The position numbers and the translations under genes were made by a program. This document shows positions 33,059 through 35,518 of a DNA stretch of 35,518 nucleotides, piece after piece. Origin of the DNA: an uncultured Phycisphaeraceae bacterium (lineage in GTDB: Bacteria; Planctomycetota; Phycisphaerae; Phycisphaerales; UBA1924); contig CAZSBR010000004.1 of the NCBI GenBank assembly GCA_964605165.1, positions 1-35,518 on the forward strand. The letters run 5' to 3'. Every line of letters begins with the position of its first letter. Within the stretch, counting starts at the first letter, position 1. The notes beneath the pieces were generated by a model. That model saw nothing but the letters and a program-made list of their open reading frames with translations, did no database searches and was not told where the DNA came from.

Positions 33059-34059
33059 GCCATCGGCCACTTCATTCCGCTCAGGGTCTGCCGAGTGGTC
33101 TTCGCATCTTTGCGGGCCGCAACACCCGTGCGCTCGCAGAGTCCGCGTGCAACGCCATCGGTCACAAACTGGGCGAGGCCCGCACGCTCGTGTTCCCTGA
33201 TGGCGAAGTGCTGGTGCGCATCGATGAGGATGTTCGGGGCAAGGACTGCTTCGTCGTCATCTCAACGTGCAAGCCCGTCAACGACAATCTCACCGAACTG
33301 CTCGTGTTCTGCGATTGTCTGCTGCGGGCCAGCGCCAGCCGCGTCACGATCGTCACGCCGTACTTCGGCTATGCACGCCAGGATCGCAAAGACCAGGGGC
33401 GCGTGCCCATCACGGCCAAGCTGGTGGCCAACCTGATCGCCGCCGCCGGTGCTCACCGTGTGCTGGCCATCGATCTCCACGCGGCGCAGATTCAGGGGTT
33501 CTTCGATCTGCCGATGGACCACCTCTCCGCGGCGCCGGTGCTCGTCGAGTACTTCCAGAACATGCGGGACGAACTGGGCGATCTCTGCCTGGTGAGCCCG
33601 GATGTCGGCAACGTCAAGGTCGCCGAGAGCTTTGCCAACTACCTTGGCGGCGATCTCGCGTTCATCAACAAGCGCCGCGTCAGCGGTTCAGAGGTCACGA
33701 CAGGCCACCTGATCGGCTCGGTCGAGGGAAAGAACGTTCTGATGGTCGACGACATGATCTCGACCGCCGGCACCATTTGCCAGGCCGCGAGGTTCGTGAT
33801 GGACAACGGCGCCAAGAGTGTGATCGCCGCGGCGACGCACGGCTTGTTCAGCGGCGAGGCCGTGCAGCGCATCGCCGACAGCCCGATCAGCAAGATCATC
33901 GTCACCAACACCATCCCGCTGCCCGACGATGTCGATCCGATTCTCGATCGAGTCGTGCAGCTTGATATCGGCCCCGTCCTCGGCGAGGCCATGAAACGCA
34001 TTCACAGCAACGAGTCCGTCAGCGCCATGTTCAAGATCACCACCGGTCCCAAGCGCTGA
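33055..34059 (+). CDS. prs: Ribose-phosphate pyrophosphokinase
   Basis: LRIFAGRNTRALAESA..., FPDGE, VTPYFGYARQDRK, AIDLHAAQIQGFF and MVDDMISTAGT (PRPP-binding loop), collinear with Prs. Probable TTG start at 33055. Confidence 0.95.
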   Translation: MSHRPLHSAQGLPSGLRIFAGRNTRALAESACNAIGHKLGEARTLVFPDGEVLVRIDEDVRGKDCFVVISTCKPVNDNLTELLVFCDCLLRASASRVTIVTPYFGYARQDRKDQGRVPITAKLVANLIAAAGAHRVLAIDLHAAQIQGFFDLPMDHLSAAPVLVEYFQNMRDELGDLCLVSPDVGNVKVAESFANYLGGDLAFINKRRVSGSEVTTGHLIGSVEGKNVLMVDDMISTAGTICQAARFVMDNGAKSVIAAATHGLFSGEAVQRIADSPISKIIVTNTIPLPDDVDPILDRVVQLDIGPVLGEAMKRIHSNESVSAMFKITTGPKR

Positions 34060-34156
34060 GCCACGAAACAGAAGTAGATGCCGCCTCATGAAGCTCATGG
34101 GCGGGAAGACAGTCAGCAACACGCACAACGAACCAGGATTGCTCAAGGAGTTCACC

Positions 34157-34798
34157 ATGCACGAAGAAGCACCCATCCTCCACGGCTCCAAGCGCGACAA
34201 GATCGGCACGCGCTACGCCCAGCGTGATCGCGCCAGCGGCAAGCTGCCGGGCGTGATCTACGGCCACAAGCTCGATCCCGTCGCCATCACGCTCGACGCC
34301 AAGGACACCCTCTCCCACATCAAGAAGGGTGAGAAGGTCTTCCAGATCGCGGTCGACGAGGCCAAGCCCGAGACGGTCCTGCTCAAGGATCTGCAGTTCG
34401 GTCACCTCGGCGACAACATCATCCACGCCGACTTCGCCCGTGTGGACCTCACCGAGCGCGTGCAGACCCGCGTGCACCTGACCTTCATCGGCGAGGCCAA
34501 GGGCCTCAAGCGTTCTGGCGCCGTGCTCGTCAAGCAGCTCAACGATATCGAGCTCGACGTGCAGGTCTCCAACATCGTCGAAGCCATCGAGGTCGACATC
34601 TCCGGTCTCGATGTCGGTGAGTCCATCAAGGCTCGGGATGTGCAGCTCCCGGTTCCCACGATGAAGCTCCTCACCGACCCCGAGGCCATCGTGGTGCAGA
34701 TCGAGACCGCAGCCGAAGAGGTCGCCGACGAAGCCTCGGACACCGATGCCGCTGCTTCGCCCGAGGTGCTCACCGAGCGCAAGAGCGAGGAAGACTGA
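34157..34798 (+). CDS. rplY: 50S ribosomal protein L25 / general stress protein Ctc (long form)
   Basis: SKRDKIGTRYAQRDRASGKLPGVIYGH... is an L25 N-domain, followed by a Ctc-type C-domain and an acidic tail. SD AAGGAG (34145-34150) lies 6 nt upstream of ATG 34157. Confidence 0.9.
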   Translation: MHEEAPILHGSKRDKIGTRYAQRDRASGKLPGVIYGHKLDPVAITLDAKDTLSHIKKGEKVFQIAVDEAKPETVLLKDLQFGHLGDNIIHADFARVDLTERVQTRVHLTFIGEAKGLKRSGAVLVKQLNDIELDVQVSNIVEAIEVDISGLDVGESIKARDVQLPVPTMKLLTDPEAIVVQIETAAEEVADEASDTDAAASPEVLTERKSEED

Positions 34799-34836
34799 GC
34801 CCTCTCGGAACACGTTCTACTGGAGCACCCTTCTCG

Positions 34837-35493
34837 ATGAAGCTGATCGTCGGTCTTGGCAACCCGGGCAACGACTACACCAACACCCGCCACAACGCGG
34901 GCTGGATGGTGATCGATCGCCTTGTTCAGCGGCACGCGCCCACCGAGCGCGTGCGGGCCCGCTTTCACGCGGACACGCTGGACTGCCAGGTCGCCGGCGA
35001 GCGGGCCCTGCTCGTCAAGCCCACGATGTACATGAATCGCTCGGGCATCAGCGTGGCTGAGGCCGTGACGTTCTTCAAGCTCAACCCAGCCGAGGACCTG
35101 CTGATCGTCGTCGACGAGACCGCGCTCGATGTGGGTGAGATTCGGCTGCGGCCTAGCGGCGGAGAGAACGGCCACAACGGGCTCAAGGACATCCGGACGC
35201 GCATCGGCACGGACACCTACCCCAGGCTGCGCGTGGGCGTGGGCTCGCCGCACCCCGGCGAGAGCAAGTCGAGCTATGTGCTCGGCCGGTTCCGTGAGGA
35301 CGAGAAGCCCGCTGTTGATGCCGGCGTCACCAGGGCCGCGGACTGCTGCGAGGCCTGGCTGACACAAGGCATCGATGCAGCCATGAACACGTTCAACACG
35401 CGAGCCAAAGAAGCAAAGTCGAGACCTACACCCGACGCTCCAGAGAAGAAACCTCCAGCGACGGACCTTGATCCGGGCTGGCTCGATCAGTAG
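34837..35493 (+). CDS. pth: Peptidyl-tRNA hydrolase
   Basis: MKLIVGLGNPGNDYTNTRHNAGW..., MNRSG and GENGHNGLKDI motifs. A basic, low-complexity C-terminal extension is present. Confidence 0.95.
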   Translation: MKLIVGLGNPGNDYTNTRHNAGWMVIDRLVQRHAPTERVRARFHADTLDCQVAGERALLVKPTMYMNRSGISVAEAVTFFKLNPAEDLLIVVDETALDVGEIRLRPSGGENGHNGLKDIRTRIGTDTYPRLRVGVGSPHPGESKSSYVLGRFREDEKPAVDAGVTRAADCCEAWLTQGIDAAMNTFNTRAKEAKSRPTPDAPEKKPPATDLDPGWLDQ

Positions 35494-35518
35494 TTCACGC
35501 CGCTCCGAGCGGCTCATC

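Noticed and set aside
35499-35513. The GCCGCTC...GAGCGGC palindrome recurs at 11249-11269 and at the window end, and was considered as a REP-like dispersed element.
   Set aside because: Only two copies of a 7-mer stem are present, with different loops and flanks. This is within chance expectation for GC-rich DNA of this length.

Overview
GC-rich bacterial chromosomal window with strong G/C bias at codon third positions. A DUF1559/prepilin-type protein and frequent non-ATG starts suggest Planctomycetota, possibly Phycisphaerae-like (inference). There are no rRNA genes, CRISPR arrays, IS elements or transposases.

Left part (1-14940, all minus strand): one co-directional, roughly 15-kb envelope/exopolysaccharide locus. 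In transcription order it encodes a Wza-like exporter, an exosortase with an intact Cys/Arg/His triad, EpsI, a 1526-aa membrane-anchored TPR protein and a Wzc-like co-polymerase. The Wzc-like kinase domain lacks the Walker-A lysine and the Tyr cluster. Next come an SDR epimerase, a WecA-type initiating transferase, an orphan ParA-like ATPase, a VanZ-like protein and murJ. murJ carries an in-frame TGA at 90-92 and runs off the window.

Middle: lipA, a stand-alone HD-GYP protein, divergent DoxX-like and MarC membrane proteins, a secreted cyclophilin, a DUF1559 pseudopilin-like protein and an ECF sigma/anti-sigma pair. These are followed by a divergent gene pair sharing a 497-bp structured control region. 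One member is a 610-aa protein with a cytoplasmic coiled coil and a Wzz-like domain. The other is a 208-aa cysteine-rich envelope protein built from three 81-bp tandem repeats. I rate this pair the most novel-looking element.

Right part: an EVE-domain protein, an outer-membrane beta-barrel, tRNA-Lys(UUU), an SNF2 helicase plus SWIM zinc-finger pair, a ~470-nt gap without convincing coding potential, and tRNA-Gln(UUG). It ends with the conserved block glmU (uridyltransferase domain only)-prs-ctc/rplY-pth.

All calls rest on motif recognition in the supplied translations and on reading the DNA directly; no database searches were run.
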